Virus record (IMG/VR): IMGVR_UViG_2695420650_000004
DNA from: a virus
Lineage: Duplodnaviria; Heunggongvirae; Uroviricota; Caudoviricetes
Direction: 5' to 3' (one strand)
Length of the DNA stretch: 4,951 nt
Positions 4,915 through 4,951 of the stretch are shown one piece after another; within the stretch, counting starts at the first letter, position 1, and each line of letters opens with the position of its first letter. The translations under genes were made by a program, and so were the position numbers. The notes under the pieces were generated by a model, which saw only the letters and a list, made by a program, of their open reading frames with translations, was not told where the DNA came from and searched no databases.

Positions 4915-4951
4915 ACTCCAACTTATTGATAGTGTTTTATGTTCAGATAAT

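Noticed and set aside
4926-4951. Promoter-like TTGATA ... GATAAT at the window end
   Set aside because: The spacer is only 14 bp, and the window ends before any downstream gene can be assessed.

Overview
The window reads as the replication and nin-like accessory region of a lambdoid prophage from an Enterobacteriaceae (E. coli-like) genome, with all confident genes on the + strand. In order: (1) a 5'-partial replication initiator gene whose reading frame is broken twice but ends in a DnaT-like C-terminus, closely followed by a DnaC-like helicase loader; (2) two small putative nucleic-acid-binding proteins; (3) an intergenic region holding a 51-bp direct repeat (two copies, one mismatch) that folds into two hairpins, interrupted by a 22-N assembly gap; (4) a tightly coupled operon of small membrane ORF, HNH endonuclease, a 221-aa protein, a DUF551-like protein and an untracked 27-aa hydrophobic peptide, closed by a strong intrinsic terminator; (5) a complete hok/mok/sok-type type I toxin-antitoxin locus with the RNA elements expected of that family. 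The most interesting unexplained items are the structured 51-bp repeat, two 19-bp perfect dyads inside the initiator gene (candidate origin or operator sites), and the five-cistron HNH operon. No rRNA, tRNA, CRISPR array or transposase was found. All homology statements are from memory of protein families, not from a search.
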